From Clostridia bacterium (lineage in GTDB: Bacteria; Bacillota; Clostridia; UBA1381), in contig JAFULX010000002.1 of NCBI GenBank assembly GCA_017483065.1, positions 1-62,315 on the forward strand: DNA of 62,315 nucleotides, given 5' to 3'. The notes beneath the pieces are model-generated. The model was not told the DNA's origin, did no database searches, and worked only from the letters and a program-made list of their open reading frames with translations. A program made the translations under genes and the position numbers. Positions within the stretch are counted from its first letter, which is position 1. Each line of letters opens with the position of its first letter. Below are positions 50,235 through 61,057 of this stretch, piece after piece.

Positions 50235-50638
50235 TGGGGGCAAAAATGATAATTAAGAATTGTACAGTCTGCGGCAAGGAGTTTGAGGCGAAGCAGAGTA
50301 ATTTTGTTTACTGCTCGGTAGAATGCAGAAGGATAGGTAGAAACAAAGTCCATTTGAACTATGTCGATAAAAACAAATACAAGATAAGAAAGCGTTGTCG
50401 GGATAGATGTCGGGAAAAGTCAAGGCAGAATTTACCGCCTTGTCGAATCTGTGGGAATCCTGTACCGAAAGAGTGGACAGGAACGAGGTATTCACAGAGC
50501 TTTTATCACCTTGAATGCATAGCGGAAAAAGTGAAAAGCCTGTTAAATAAGCGAGGAACAGACGAATACCGTGAGATAATGAAGCTTGCAAGTAATCACG
50601 GAATAACGAAAAAGGACGTCTTGGAGTGGGTGCAATGA
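50234..50638 (+). CDS. Zinc-ribbon protein (copy 2)
   Basis: Duplicate of 14273..14677. Confidence 0.6.
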   Translation: MGAKMIIKNCTVCGKEFEAKQSNFVYCSVECRRIGRNKVHLNYVDKNKYKIRKRCRDRCREKSRQNLPPCRICGNPVPKEWTGTRYSQSFYHLECIAEKVKSLLNKRGTDEYREIMKLASNHGITKKDVLEWVQ

Positions 50639-51270
50639 GTGGAGAATTTGACAAAAAAGCATATAGCAAAAAGGTATATGATTCCCGAAAAGAAATTGGA
50701 TTGTGTACAAGATGCGGCAAAGAAAACGACAATTTTCCTTTGCTTACTTGCAAAAATTGTTCCGAAAAAAGAAAGCATCAAAGACAGCAAGTAAAAAATT
50801 ACTACGAAAATCACGGACTGTGTAACATCTGTGGAAAAGAAAAAATGGAAAACAGCAAATTCTGTTTTCGCTGTTGGGAAACAATGTACGATGCAAAGCA
50901 GAAGAGACGGGAAAAGATGACCGCTGAAGAAAAAGAGTCGGAAAGAGTAAAAGCTAATTCTCGGAACCGAGAGAGGAAGAAAAAAGCTCTTGAAAACGGC
51001 ATATGTTATTATTGCTTGAAAAGGAAAGCTCTTGAAGGTAGGCGAGAATGCCTTGATTGTTTGGCAAAAATACAAAAAGAATCTGCAAGAAGAATGCAAG
51101 AGAAAAAAGTAATACGTGACAACAAACGAGAATACAGGCTGAAAAACAATCTTTGTACAAGATGCGGAGAGTCTGCAAAAGAAGGGTACAAAGTATGCGA
51201 GAGACATTATCTAATCAGCTTTGAAAACCAAAAGAAAGTCAAGAGAGGCAAGGAAAAAACAAATGGCTGA
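50626..51270 (+). CDS. Four-zinc-ribbon protein (copy 2)
   Basis: Duplicate of 14665..15309. Confidence 0.6.
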   Translation: MGAMSGEFDKKAYSKKVYDSRKEIGLCTRCGKENDNFPLLTCKNCSEKRKHQRQQVKNYYENHGLCNICGKEKMENSKFCFRCWETMYDAKQKRREKMTAEEKESERVKANSRNRERKKKALENGICYYCLKRKALEGRRECLDCLAKIQKESARRMQEKKVIRDNKREYRLKNNLCTRCGESAKEGYKVCERHYLISFENQKKVKRGKEKTNG

Positions 51271-51568
51271 TAAAGTTACAGACGGACTAAAGCACGATGG
51301 CGGTAAATATAGGCTTGACCTTGTACCGCCTGAAATTATAGAAGCAGTCGGGGGCGTAATGACACACGGAGCGGAGAAGTACGGCGAAGGGAGTTATCGC
51401 AGGGTAGAGCCAAAGCGGTACAGGGCGGCACTTATGCGACACATCTGTAAATGGATGAAAAATCCGCACGGACTTGACGAGGATAGCGGACTTCCACATT
51501 TATGGCACGTAGCCTGTAATGTGGCGTTTTTGCTTGAATTAGATACAAGAAAGGATGATAACAATTAG
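51263..51568 (+). CDS. MazG-like dNTP pyrophosphohydrolase-domain protein (copy 2)
   Basis: Duplicate of 15302..15607. Confidence 0.6.
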   Translation: MADKVTDGLKHDGGKYRLDLVPPEIIEAVGGVMTHGAEKYGEGSYRRVEPKRYRAALMRHICKWMKNPHGLDEDSGLPHLWHVACNVAFLLELDTRKDDNN

Positions 51569-53123
51569 GACTTATCAGGATTTATTGGTGGTAGGCGAAG
51601 CAGAAAGCAGACGAATGGAATTTATCGAGTCTGCAATAACAGAACATAAGCACAGCGGTATGTATGCGGTAGCAAGAGATTCGGAGCTATATGCAAGCGG
51701 TAGAAATGTAACGATTATGCAATATCAAAAATTGCTTTATACCATTTCGGGCAATGCTATCCCCGACAATTTCTCCGCAAATCATAAGTGTGCAAGCGGT
51801 TTCTTCAAGCGATTTGTCACACAAGAGGTAGCGTACCTTCTCGGCAATGGCTTAACGCTTGAAAATGAGGAAAACAAGAACAAGCTCGGCAAGGACATTG
51901 ACAGCAGACTTTACAGAGCGGTTAAATCTGCTCTGATTGAAGGTGCTGTTTTCGGCTTTTTCAACAACGGAGAAGTCGAGTTTTTCAAGCTGACCGAATT
52001 TGTACCGCTATATGACGAGGAAAACGGCTCACTTATGGCAGGCATCCGCTTTTGGCAGATAGACGATAATAAGCCGTTAAGAGCTACGCTATATGAAGTT
52101 GACGGATTAACGGAATATATCCGCAGAAACGCTGAACAAATGCAGGTGCTGAAGGAAAAGCGACCTTACATACAGAAGATTGTTTCAAGCATTGCGGACG
52201 GCGATGTTATCTACGATGGCGAAAATTATCCGTCTTTCCCTATCGTTCCGTTATGGGCGAATACAGAAAAGCAAAGCGAAATCGTAGGCAAGCGAGAACA
52301 AATTGACTGCTATGACCTTATCAAGAGCGGATTTGCGAACGACCTTGACGAAGCGGCTATGCTTTATTGGACTATCACTAATGCAGGCGGTATGACCGAT
52401 ATGGATTTAGCCAAATTCAAGCAGAAAATGGCTACAATCAAGGTGGCGAATATCGACAATGGGGATGAAGGCTCAAGAGCAGAAGCCCATACGGTAGATT
52501 TACCCTATCAAGCGAGAGAAGTATATCTGACAAGGCTTGAAAAAGACTTGTACAAGGATTTTATGGCTCTTGACGTAGAGCAAATCGCCGCAGGAAATGT
52601 AACCGCTACACAGATAGAGGCGGCTTACGAGCCGTTAAACGAGAAATGCGATGAGCTTGAATTTTGCATCATAGAATTTCTCAACGGCATTTTTGCTATT
52701 GCAGGAATTGATGATAATCCGACTTTTACAAGGTCGCAAATTTCCAACCGCACAGAGCTTATCGAAAATCTGTTACAGTCTGCTGAATATCTTGGCAACG
52801 ATTATGTAACGGAAAAGCTCCTTGCATTGCTCGGAGATGCTGACAGGGTAGAGGAGATTATCAAGGGCAATATAGCAACAGAAATGGATAGATTTAACGC
52901 TGATACAGAACAAGTGGAAGATGTCGCAACTACAGAAGATGCGATAAGCACGGCAGAGGAAACAGTCGGAAAGACTCTGAACGGAGCGCAGACACAAAGC
53001 CTTATCGCTGTAATGACTCAATATTCAAGCGGAGCTTTAACCGAAGGTCAGGCGGTAGCGATTATATCAACGTCAATCGGCGTTACAAAGGAAGAAGCAA
53101 GAGCAATAATTAGGGGTGAATAA
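51555..53123 (+). CDS. Portal protein (copy 2)
   Basis: Duplicate of 15594..17162. Confidence 0.8.
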   Translation: MITIRTYQDLLVVGEAESRRMEFIESAITEHKHSGMYAVARDSELYASGRNVTIMQYQKLLYTISGNAIPDNFSANHKCASGFFKRFVTQEVAYLLGNGLTLENEENKNKLGKDIDSRLYRAVKSALIEGAVFGFFNNGEVEFFKLTEFVPLYDEENGSLMAGIRFWQIDDNKPLRATLYEVDGLTEYIRRNAEQMQVLKEKRPYIQKIVSSIADGDVIYDGENYPSFPIVPLWANTEKQSEIVGKREQIDCYDLIKSGFANDLDEAAMLYWTITNAGGMTDMDLAKFKQKMATIKVANIDNGDEGSRAEAHTVDLPYQAREVYLTRLEKDLYKDFMALDVEQIAAGNVTATQIEAAYEPLNEKCDELEFCIIEFLNGIFAIAGIDDNPTFTRSQISNRTELIENLLQSAEYLGNDYVTEKLLALLGDADRVEEIIKGNIATEMDRFNADTEQVEDVATTEDAISTAEETVGKTLNGAQTQSLIAVMTQYSSGALTEGQAVAIISTSIGVTKEEARAIIRGE

Positions 53124-53128
53124 TAGAT

Positions 53129-54046
53129 ATGGCAGATAAAGCACACATTTTAACCGATAAAAAATTGGCAGAAATGGAAAAGCATTTGTCTGCCATTTAT
53201 CGTAGAGCAGAAAAAGAATTAGGTGAGAGTTGGAAAAAGTATTTATCGGAGTCTACAGCGGAAATAGACGAATTGCAAAAAGCCTACGATAAGGCAAAGC
53301 AGGGCGGAGATAAAGCGGAAATAAAGAAAAAGGGTGTGGCTTTATCGAGGGCAAAGAAAAAACATACCGTGCAAAACAAGTGGTACAAGGAGAGAACGGA
53401 ACAGCTTGCAAGAGATATTGCAAATGTCAACCAAACGGCTTTAGCTTACATCAACGGACAATTACCCGAAGTATATTCACTGAATTATAACGCTATAGCT
53501 CCTGATGTGGAAGGTATGGGCGGATATTCTTTTTCCCTTGTCGATGCTGATACAGTCCGCAATCTGTCTTTGTCTGATGATAGCCTTTTGCCGACAAAGG
53601 AGCTGAATATTCCGAAAGATGTTCGGTGGAATGTCCGCAAAATGAATGCCGAAGTGCTACAAGGCATTTTGCAGGGCGAAACAATGGATGAAATCGCAGG
53701 CAGAATGTCAAAGGTTTTCGGTATGAATGAAAACTCTGCTATCACAAATGCGAGAACAATGGTAACAGGTGCGGAAAACAAAGGCAGAATGGATAGTTAC
53801 ACAAGAGCAGAGGCAGATGGAATAATCCTTGACAAGCAATGGATAGCCACGAATGACCGCAGGACAAGACATTCACACAGAAACAAGCCTGAAGGAGTGG
53901 GAAGCGAAATCGTAGGAGCACAAGAACCGTTTTCCAATGGTCTGATGTACCCGGGCGACCCAAACGGAGAGCCGTCCGAGCTGTATAATTGCCGCTGTAC
54001 TGTTGTTTCGATTGTAAAGGGATTTAAAAAACGAGGTAAAAAATGA
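53129..54046 (+). CDS. MuF-family head morphogenesis protein (copy 2)
   Basis: Duplicate of 17168..18085. Confidence 0.8.
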   Translation: MADKAHILTDKKLAEMEKHLSAIYRRAEKELGESWKKYLSESTAEIDELQKAYDKAKQGGDKAEIKKKGVALSRAKKKHTVQNKWYKERTEQLARDIANVNQTALAYINGQLPEVYSLNYNAIAPDVEGMGGYSFSLVDADTVRNLSLSDDSLLPTKELNIPKDVRWNVRKMNAEVLQGILQGETMDEIAGRMSKVFGMNENSAITNARTMVTGAENKGRMDSYTRAEADGIILDKQWIATNDRRTRHSHRNKPEGVGSEIVGAQEPFSNGLMYPGDPNGEPSELYNCRCTVVSIVKGFKKRGKK

Positions 54047-54471
54047 GCGATTACACATACAAAGACAACACACAGGAAGTTCTTTCCGCTTTAGAACACG
54101 CTATCGGAAACGGCTTAACCGCTATAGGGTTCACGGCAGAAAGACACGCAAAAGAAATCATATCTGAAGAACAAGCCGTTGACACAGGCAGACTTCGTAA
54201 TAGCATCACTTTTGCTATTAGTGGCAAAAAGGCAAATATACAGAGTTACAAAGGCGACCACGGAGAAGATGGCGGTACTTATAGCGGTACTGCTCCTGAA
54301 AGCAAAGATAAATGCGTTTACATTGGGAGTGGGGTAAAATATGCCGTTGGGATTGAGTTAGGGATTCACCGAAAGAAAGGTGCTGTGCATATGCTACAAA
54401 GAGCGGCAACAGAACACACAGAAGAATACAAGCAGTTGATGGAAGATGCGATAGAGTCAGCGGAGGAATAA
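54043..54471 (+). CDS. HK97 gp10-like protein (copy 2)
   Basis: Duplicate of 18082..18510. Confidence 0.5.
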   Translation: MSDYTYKDNTQEVLSALEHAIGNGLTAIGFTAERHAKEIISEEQAVDTGRLRNSITFAISGKKANIQSYKGDHGEDGGTYSGTAPESKDKCVYIGSGVKYAVGIELGIHRKKGAVHMLQRAATEHTEEYKQLMEDAIESAEE

Positions 54472-54472
54472 A

Positions 54473-54829
54473 ATGACAGTAAATATTTTAGGGACAGAAT
54501 ACAAAATCATAGTCAAAAATTACGATGAAGAGGAAGCATTCAGCAAAAACTCTTATAGTGGTTTTTGCAATGGGTACAAAAAAGAAATCGTGCTTTGTGA
54601 TATGCACACCTTTAAGGGATGGGAAAACGAGGATGAAGAAACTATAGTAAACTGCCATAAGCAAGACCTACGGCACGAAATAGTACACGCCTTTTTCTAT
54701 GAAAGCGGATTGTGGGACAATTCTTGCTGTGGCGGTGCTTGGGCGAAAAATGAAGAAATGGTGGACTGGATAGCGTTGCAGGGAGAAAAGATTTACGAAG
54801 CTTGGAAAAGTTGCGATGCTATCTCTTGA
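54473..54829 (+). CDS. Putative HExxH metallopeptidase (copy 2)
   Basis: Duplicate of 18512..18868. Confidence 0.45.
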   Translation: MTVNILGTEYKIIVKNYDEEEAFSKNSYSGFCNGYKKEIVLCDMHTFKGWENEDEETIVNCHKQDLRHEIVHAFFYESGLWDNSCCGGAWAKNEEMVDWIALQGEKIYEAWKSCDAIS

Positions 54830-55047
54830 CAAATCTTTTCTTTTGTGATACAATGATAGTGCAGATTGGTTCTCCTTAATATCCCTCATTTATTTATCTC
54901 TGTACGCCCTTGCCGTAAAAAGCAGGGGCGTTTTTCTTTGGGTATTGACAAATAGAAAAAGTTGTGTTATACTATAGGCGAAAAATCTGAATGGCAAAGC
55001 ACAGCCACCGAAGGAAAGGAAGATGACTTATCGCACTCACAAGAAAA

Positions 55048-55650
55048 ATGCTTAAAGCAATGGGAATCGAAGAAGAAAAGATTGACCAAATAATAGAGGC
55101 TCACGCTGAAACGGTTGATAGCTTAAAAGAAGAGCGTAACAACTACAAAGCGGATGCTGAAAAACTTGCCGATGTTCAAAAGGAATTGGACAGGGCAAAA
55201 GAACAACTCGCAAAGAAAGGCGAGGGCGAAACTGTGGCTAAAGATGAGTATGACAAGTTACAGAAGGAATATGCAGACTATAAGAACGATGTTAAGGCGA
55301 AGCAGACAAAGGCGGCAAAGGAAACAGCTTATAGAGAGCTGTTAAAGTCTGTCGGAGTAGGCGAAAAGCGTATAGCAAGTATTCTGAAGGTAACGGATAT
55401 CGAAGCCATCGAGCTTGACAAAGACGGAAAAATCAAGGATGCAGAAAAGCATACTGAAGAGGTCAAGAGTGAATGGGCGGATTTCATCGAAACGCAGTCG
55501 CAACAGGGCGTGAAAACATCCAATCCCCCTGCTAATAACGGCAAGGGCGGTACAATGACGAAAGAACAGATACTGGCGATTAAGGATGGTGGCTTACGCA
55601 GACAAGCCATTGCAGAAAATCCGCATCTGTTCGGATTAGAAAACAAATGA
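55048..55650 (+). CDS. Scaffolding protein (copy 2)
   Basis: Duplicate of 19087..19689. Confidence 0.7.
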   Translation: MLKAMGIEEEKIDQIIEAHAETVDSLKEERNNYKADAEKLADVQKELDRAKEQLAKKGEGETVAKDEYDKLQKEYADYKNDVKAKQTKAAKETAYRELLKSVGVGEKRIASILKVTDIEAIELDKDGKIKDAEKHTEEVKSEWADFIETQSQQGVKTSNPPANNGKGGTMTKEQILAIKDGGLRRQAIAENPHLFGLENK

Positions 55651-55667
55651 CGAAAGGAAAATGACAA

Positions 55668-56585
55668 ATGGCGGCTGAAACAAATACAATTATGCAGACA
55701 GACCTTGCAAGAGTTAGAATGGTAGATTTTAACTTACAGTTTACAGGCTCTGTGAGAAAATTAATTGAGGCTCTCGGCGTTACAAGAAAGATTGCAGTAC
55801 AGGAAGGTTCTGTGCTTAAACAGCTAAAGGTTACAGGCACTCTCCAAAGCGGAGAAGTAGCAGAAGGCGAGCTTATCCCTCTTTCCAAGTATCAGACCAC
55901 AGATGTTATTGTTGGCGAAATCAAGCTGAACAAGTGGAGAAAGGCAACAACAGCCGAAGCTATTGGCAAGGGCGGTTATGACCAAGCAGTCGGAGCAACT
56001 ACCGATAAGATGGTTAAGGACATCCAAAAGACCATCAGAAATGGTCTGTTCACCTTTATGGAAAACGGCACAGGTACAGCGGCAGGCTCTTCACTTCAGC
56101 CTGCACTTGCAAACGCTTGGGGACAACTCGCAGTTCTTTTTGAAGACGATGCAGTAGAAACTGTATATTTCCTTAATCCCCTTGATGTTGCTGACTACCT
56201 CGGCACAGCAAATATCGAGATGCAGACAGTTTTTGGTATGAACTATGTTGAAAACTTCCTCGGTCTTGGTACTGTATTTTTCAATAGCTCTGTTCCGAAG
56301 GGCAAGTTCTTCGCTACTGCAAAGGAAAATATCGTAACATACTACATAAATATGTCAAGTGGCGATATTGCAAGAGCTTTCGAACTTACAACAGACGAAA
56401 CAGGCTACATCGGCATCAAGGAATATCCTGACGAAGACACAGCAAGAGTTCTTGACCTTGTTATGTCGGGTGTTACTTTCTTCCCCGAGAGAGCTGACGG
56501 TATCGTAATCGGTACAATCGGTGCTACAAGTGATGAAGGTGCAGGCGGAGAAGATGCTGGCGGCGATGAGGAGCAGGGTGCATAA
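55668..56585 (+). CDS. Major capsid protein (copy 2)
   Basis: Duplicate of 19707..20624. Confidence 0.8.
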   Translation: MAAETNTIMQTDLARVRMVDFNLQFTGSVRKLIEALGVTRKIAVQEGSVLKQLKVTGTLQSGEVAEGELIPLSKYQTTDVIVGEIKLNKWRKATTAEAIGKGGYDQAVGATTDKMVKDIQKTIRNGLFTFMENGTGTAAGSSLQPALANAWGQLAVLFEDDAVETVYFLNPLDVADYLGTANIEMQTVFGMNYVENFLGLGTVFFNSSVPKGKFFATAKENIVTYYINMSSGDIARAFELTTDETGYIGIKEYPDEDTARVLDLVMSGVTFFPERADGIVIGTIGATSDEGAGGEDAGGDEEQGA

Positions 56586-56779
56586 TGTACACAGTAATTA
56601 AGAGATTTGCGGACTTACAAGACAACAGATATGTTTATAACGTAGACGATATTTACCCTCGTGAAGGTGTAAAGCCTACAAAAAAGCGTATCTCCGAGCT
56701 TGCAAGCAACAAGAACAAGTTGAAAACTCCTCTTATCGTTGAGATTGAAGAAGTCGAAACAGAGGATATAATCGAATAA
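56585..56779 (+). CDS. Small head-associated protein (copy 2)
   Basis: Duplicate of 20624..20818. Confidence 0.55.
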   Translation: MYTVIKRFADLQDNRYVYNVDDIYPREGVKPTKKRISELASNKNKLKTPLIVEIEEVETEDIIE

Positions 56780-56796
56780 CGAAAGGCGGCTTTATA

Positions 56797-57219
56797 ATGC
56801 TCACGGAAATCTGTGCGGAAATCCGCAACTACTTTGTCGAGGAAATTCGGCAAGGCAATTACAAGATTGTCAACGGCAAGATAGAGCCGCTTGACTTTTT
56901 AAAAGAAGGTCAATATTTCCGAATCGTAGGCAGTAGCTTGAATGATGGAGTGTATCAGTACCCCGATTATGCCTTGCCTAACGATGAAGAGTTTGACGGC
57001 TCTGTTTGGGCGATGGCTGTGCCTCCGAGCTTTATCGCCCTTGCCGAGTCTATACGAAATTATGCTGAAAGTGACGAGGCAAAGCCTTCCGCTTATACTT
57101 CCGAGAGTTTCGGTGGGTATAGTTACACGAAAGCGACAGACTCTAACGGCTTGCCGTTATCGTGGCAAAAGGTATTTGCAAACAAGCTGAATGCATATAG
57201 AAGGATGTCGGTGTTATGA
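56797..57219 (+). CDS. Head-tail connector (copy 2)
   Basis: Duplicate of 20836..21258. Confidence 0.55.
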   Translation: MLTEICAEIRNYFVEEIRQGNYKIVNGKIEPLDFLKEGQYFRIVGSSLNDGVYQYPDYALPNDEEFDGSVWAMAVPPSFIALAESIRNYAESDEAKPSAYTSESFGGYSYTKATDSNGLPLSWQKVFANKLNAYRRMSVL

Positions 57220-57560
57220 GCTTAATATCGAGTGCAATGGAAGATGTTGTACTGCTTGAAAAAAGAAGCGTATCGGATGGCGAAGGCGGTTTTATTGTTG
57301 AGTGGGAAGAAGGAGCAGTCTTTCAGGCGGCTATTACCTTTGATACCTCAATAGAAAGCCGTGTAGCCGAGGTGCAGGGAGTTAAGAGCAGATACACGAT
57401 AACTACAAGCAAGAATGCAAAGTTAGAGTATCACGATGTAATCAAGCGTTTATCTGATGAAAAGATATTCCGCATCACTTCTGATGGCGATGATAAGCAA
57501 ACTCCCAATGTAGCATCATTCCAGTTTTTGCAGGTAACAGCGGAGGAATACAAGATATGA
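57216..57560 (+). CDS. Head closure protein (copy 2)
   Basis: Duplicate of 21255..21599. Confidence 0.55.
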   Translation: MSLISSAMEDVVLLEKRSVSDGEGGFIVEWEEGAVFQAAITFDTSIESRVAEVQGVKSRYTITTSKNAKLEYHDVIKRLSDEKIFRITSDGDDKQTPNVASFQFLQVTAEEYKI

Positions 57561-57940
57561 CCAAAGAAGCGGCGATTTTTCAATTTTGGGGACAATTTCT
57601 CCCTGCTTATGAAGAAAATACAATCCATTCAGGCAAAGACCTGAATGGAAAGGTAGTCACTTTCCCATACATAACTTATCAGGTAGTTACAGACAACTTT
57701 GATAGTGAAGTGCCTATGACCGCTTCTGTATGGGATGAGTCAACGTCTTGGAGCAATATAAACAGAATTGCAAGAAACATGTCCGAAACCATAGGCGATG
57801 GCTTGTTCATTAAGTGCGATGGTGGAAAGATATGGATAAAAAAAGGCACTCCGTTTGCTCAAAATATGGGTGATGAGAGTAACAACCTTATAAGGCGAAA
57901 ATATTTAAATATAACAGCAGAATTTCTGACTTTAAACTGA
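57557..57940 (+). CDS. Tail completion protein (copy 2)
   Basis: Duplicate of 21596..21979. Confidence 0.5.
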   Translation: MTKEAAIFQFWGQFLPAYEENTIHSGKDLNGKVVTFPYITYQVVTDNFDSEVPMTASVWDESTSWSNINRIARNMSETIGDGLFIKCDGGKIWIKKGTPFAQNMGDESNNLIRRKYLNITAEFLTLN

Positions 57941-57956
57941 AAGGAGATTGCAGAAA

Positions 57957-58523
57957 ATGGGTAGATTTTCAAAAATTCCCGAAACTACATTTGACGAGTT
58001 ACAAGTTGATGCAGGTGTGCTTTTAAAGGGTTTTAACCCTGCCGAGCCTACTCTTGACAATGCGAATATCATTTGTGCAACAACAGGCGGTATAAATCCT
58101 GTATGTACTCCTACTTTTGCTGACTGGGGAGCAGATATAGACAACTGCCCCGAAAACACAAAGGAACTGAAGGAAATCACAGGCTACACTTGTTCTTTAG
58201 GCTTTACTGCTTTAACTGTGACCGCTGAAACAATCAGAATGGCACTCGGTGCGGCTGATATTGAGGCAGAAACAGGAAAGATAACACCTCGTCACGAACT
58301 TGAAGACGAAGATTTTGCTGATGTTTGGTGGGTGGGCGATATTTCAGACGGTGGCTTTGCCGCTATCTGTTTAAAAAATGCTTTATCCACAGGCGGTTTT
58401 AGTCTTCAGACTACTAAGGCAGGTAAGGGACAAGTAAGTGTAACACTTACAGGACACTATTCAATCGAAGCACAGGATGATGTGCCTATGGAATTTTATG
58501 TAATTAAGGGCAACGAAGCCTAA
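57957..58523 (+). CDS. Major tail protein (copy 2)
   Basis: Duplicate of 21996..22562. Confidence 0.7.
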   Translation: MGRFSKIPETTFDELQVDAGVLLKGFNPAEPTLDNANIICATTGGINPVCTPTFADWGADIDNCPENTKELKEITGYTCSLGFTALTVTAETIRMALGAADIEAETGKITPRHELEDEDFADVWWVGDISDGGFAAICLKNALSTGGFSLQTTKAGKGQVSVTLTGHYSIEAQDDVPMEFYVIKGNEA

Positions 58524-58545
58524 ACAATAAACGGAGGTATCGACA

Positions 58546-58917
58546 ATGAAGTTATCACAATTGTCAACAGACAAAAGCTTTGATGTTCTTTGTGAGCTTT
58601 CTATCTATTGCGTAAATATCGTTGCAGATGAAGAGCTTATGAACACAATCTTTTCTGAATTTGTGGAAAAAGAAGGTAAGACAAGGTTACAAGCAATAAT
58701 CGAGGCTTGTTCTGACAAGCTCATATCTATGATACCGCTTTTGTTAAAAAAGCATAAATCTGACGTGCTTGGAATTGTAGCCACGCTCAACGAAATGACC
58801 GTTGAAGAGGTCGGAGAGCAAAATATTATGGTTACAATGAAGCAAATCAAGGAGATAATTCAGGATAAGGAATTTGTCGATTTTTTCAAATCGTGCGGAG
58901 ATACAGAGAACGAGTGA
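58546..58917 (+). CDS. Tail assembly chaperone G-like (copy 2)
   Basis: Duplicate of 22585..22956. Confidence 0.75.
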   Translation: MKLSQLSTDKSFDVLCELSIYCVNIVADEELMNTIFSEFVEKEGKTRLQAIIEACSDKLISMIPLLLKKHKSDVLGIVATLNEMTVEEVGEQNIMVTMKQIKEIIQDKEFVDFFKSCGDTENE

Positions 58918-59198
58918 CCGAAGCTCTTCTATTTTCGCAGTATAAAAAAATGAGTTGCAGAGGGCTGATTCTCGCCTTGCCTATGATTATAAAAAGGCAA
59001 GATGAAGGGTTAGCTCTTCGTTTATATGTCACAGATTGCTTGCAAACCATCACCGAAAACACGGCTAAAAAAATTGGTGGAAAGTATGTAAAAATGCGAT
59101 ATGCCGATATCATTAAGCCGCAGAAGGTGGAAACACGGACGGCAGAGCAGATTATAAGCGAAATGCAAGAAAAAATGAATAAAATGGGCGGTGATTGA
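58546..59198 (+). CDS. Chaperone -1 frameshift product (slip at 58881..58887) (copy 2)
   Basis: Duplicate of 22585..23237. Confidence 0.7.
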
Positions 59199-61041
59199 TA
59201 TAAATTTATTTGATTTATTTGTTCGCATTGGCGTAAAAGACGAGGCGAGCGATAAAGTAAGCGAGATAACAAGCAAACTCGGAAACGGTTTGAAAACTGC
59301 CGCCAAAGTCGGATTAGCGGCTGTCGGGGCGGCGGCTACTGGCATTGCCACGTTATCGGGTATGGCGATAAAGAATTTTGCCGAATATGAGCAACTTGTC
59401 GGAGGCGTTGATACGCTTTTTAAGGGTGCAAGCAAAAAGTTGCAAAAGTACGCCTCCGAGGCATATCGCACAGTCGGAATGTCGGCAAATGATTATATGT
59501 CGAATGTAACTTCCTTCTCGGCGGCTCTTATCAATGCTCTTGGCGGTGATACGGAGTTAGCGGCAGACAAGGCAAACAAAGCTATGACGATTATGTCCGA
59601 TAATGCTAACAAGATGGGTACAGATTTGCAAAACGTTGTCGACACCTTCCAGTCATTAAGCCGTGGCAATTTTGCTATGCTGGACAATTTAAAGCTCGGC
59701 TACGGAGGAAGTAAGGCGGAGCTTGAAAGATTGCTTGCTGATGCGGAAGCATATAAATCAGCTATGGGCGAGATAGTCGACTATGATATATCCAATTTTG
59801 CAGATATAATTGATGCTGTCGGGGTTATACAAGATAAGCTCGGAATAACTGGAGCGACTGCACAAGAGGCGGCAGGGACTATAAGCGGCTCGTTCTCAAT
59901 GATGAAGTCCGCTTGGAAAAATCTTGTAACAGGTATTGCGGCTGATGACCTCGATTTTGACGAACTTGTCGACAATTTTGTTTATTCTGTGGATGCCGTT
60001 GCAGATAACCTTCTGCCGAGAATCGAAAAAGCAATAAACGGAGCAAGCAAGCTGATAAGCAAACTCTTACCGAAGATATTGCAGAGAATACCGCAGATTC
60101 TTAAAGATAATCTCCCTGTGCTTCTCGGTGCAGTAGGCGACATAATACAGGCAATATTACCTGTAATTCGTGAATCTTTACCTGTTCTTCTCGATGCGGT
60201 GCTTATGCTTGTAGATATGATAATTGACAATGCAGATGAGTTTACCGAGGCGGCAGTAGAAATAGTGCTTGTCTTAACGGAAGGACTTTTCAACGCTCTT
60301 CCTCGTCTGCTCGATAGAATCCCTGAATTATGCGACAAGATTATTACAGGTATCATAAGCGGATTGACAGGACTTTCCCCTGAAGTCGCAGGAGTTTTTG
60401 GAGATATAGGAGCAAATGCTTTAAATCAATTCACAACGCCGCTGAAAACTATACAAGCCTTTTTATCAGGAGATTTGGCAAAGGCTGTGCAGATAGGCGG
60501 AGAGGGATTTATCGGCTCTGTTCGTAATTTATTTAACATCATAGACGGAATTTTCGGCACAAATCTTTCCAAATGGTATGATGACGTTTATAATTTCTGG
60601 TTTGATGCAGGTGCGAAGCTCTACGAAATGATGAACGCAGGTCAGATAGAGGAAACAGAACTAAAAACTCGCACATCTGCCGCAAGACAGAATACAAGGT
60701 TAGCGGCAAATGAGTATATGCGACAAGGATATTCGCCTGAAGAAGCACTTGAAATGGCGAAAAAGGAAAATCTCAAAACTTCCGAGGACATCTACGCTTG
60801 GGATAAATGGGGCGGATATGATGTCAACGAAGCTTATAACAATCTCTATGCAAGCGGACAAATTGAAGGCACAGACAGAAGCTATTTTTCAAATTCGTTT
60901 GCATCAGAAACAGCATCCGCATATCCCGAGCCAGTCAATATCTCTGTGCAGTTAAGAGGCGGTACAGAAATCGGCAGAGCGTTCATAAGCGATATGAACT
61001 CGGCAAGAAGAGTAGACGGCTCTTCGATATATGCTAATTAA
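59191..61041 (+). CDS. Tape measure protein (copy 2)
   Basis: Duplicate of 23230..25080. Confidence 0.85.
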   Translation: MIDINLFDLFVRIGVKDEASDKVSEITSKLGNGLKTAAKVGLAAVGAAATGIATLSGMAIKNFAEYEQLVGGVDTLFKGASKKLQKYASEAYRTVGMSANDYMSNVTSFSAALINALGGDTELAADKANKAMTIMSDNANKMGTDLQNVVDTFQSLSRGNFAMLDNLKLGYGGSKAELERLLADAEAYKSAMGEIVDYDISNFADIIDAVGVIQDKLGITGATAQEAAGTISGSFSMMKSAWKNLVTGIAADDLDFDELVDNFVYSVDAVADNLLPRIEKAINGASKLISKLLPKILQRIPQILKDNLPVLLGAVGDIIQAILPVIRESLPVLLDAVLMLVDMIIDNADEFTEAAVEIVLVLTEGLFNALPRLLDRIPELCDKIITGIISGLTGLSPEVAGVFGDIGANALNQFTTPLKTIQAFLSGDLAKAVQIGGEGFIGSVRNLFNIIDGIFGTNLSKWYDDVYNFWFDAGAKLYEMMNAGQIEETELKTRTSAARQNTRLAANEYMRQGYSPEEALEMAKKENLKTSEDIYAWDKWGGYDVNEAYNNLYASGQIEGTDRSYFSNSFASETASAYPEPVNISVQLRGGTEIGRAFISDMNSARRVDGSSIYAN

Positions 61042-61057
61042 GAAAGGCGGTACAAAA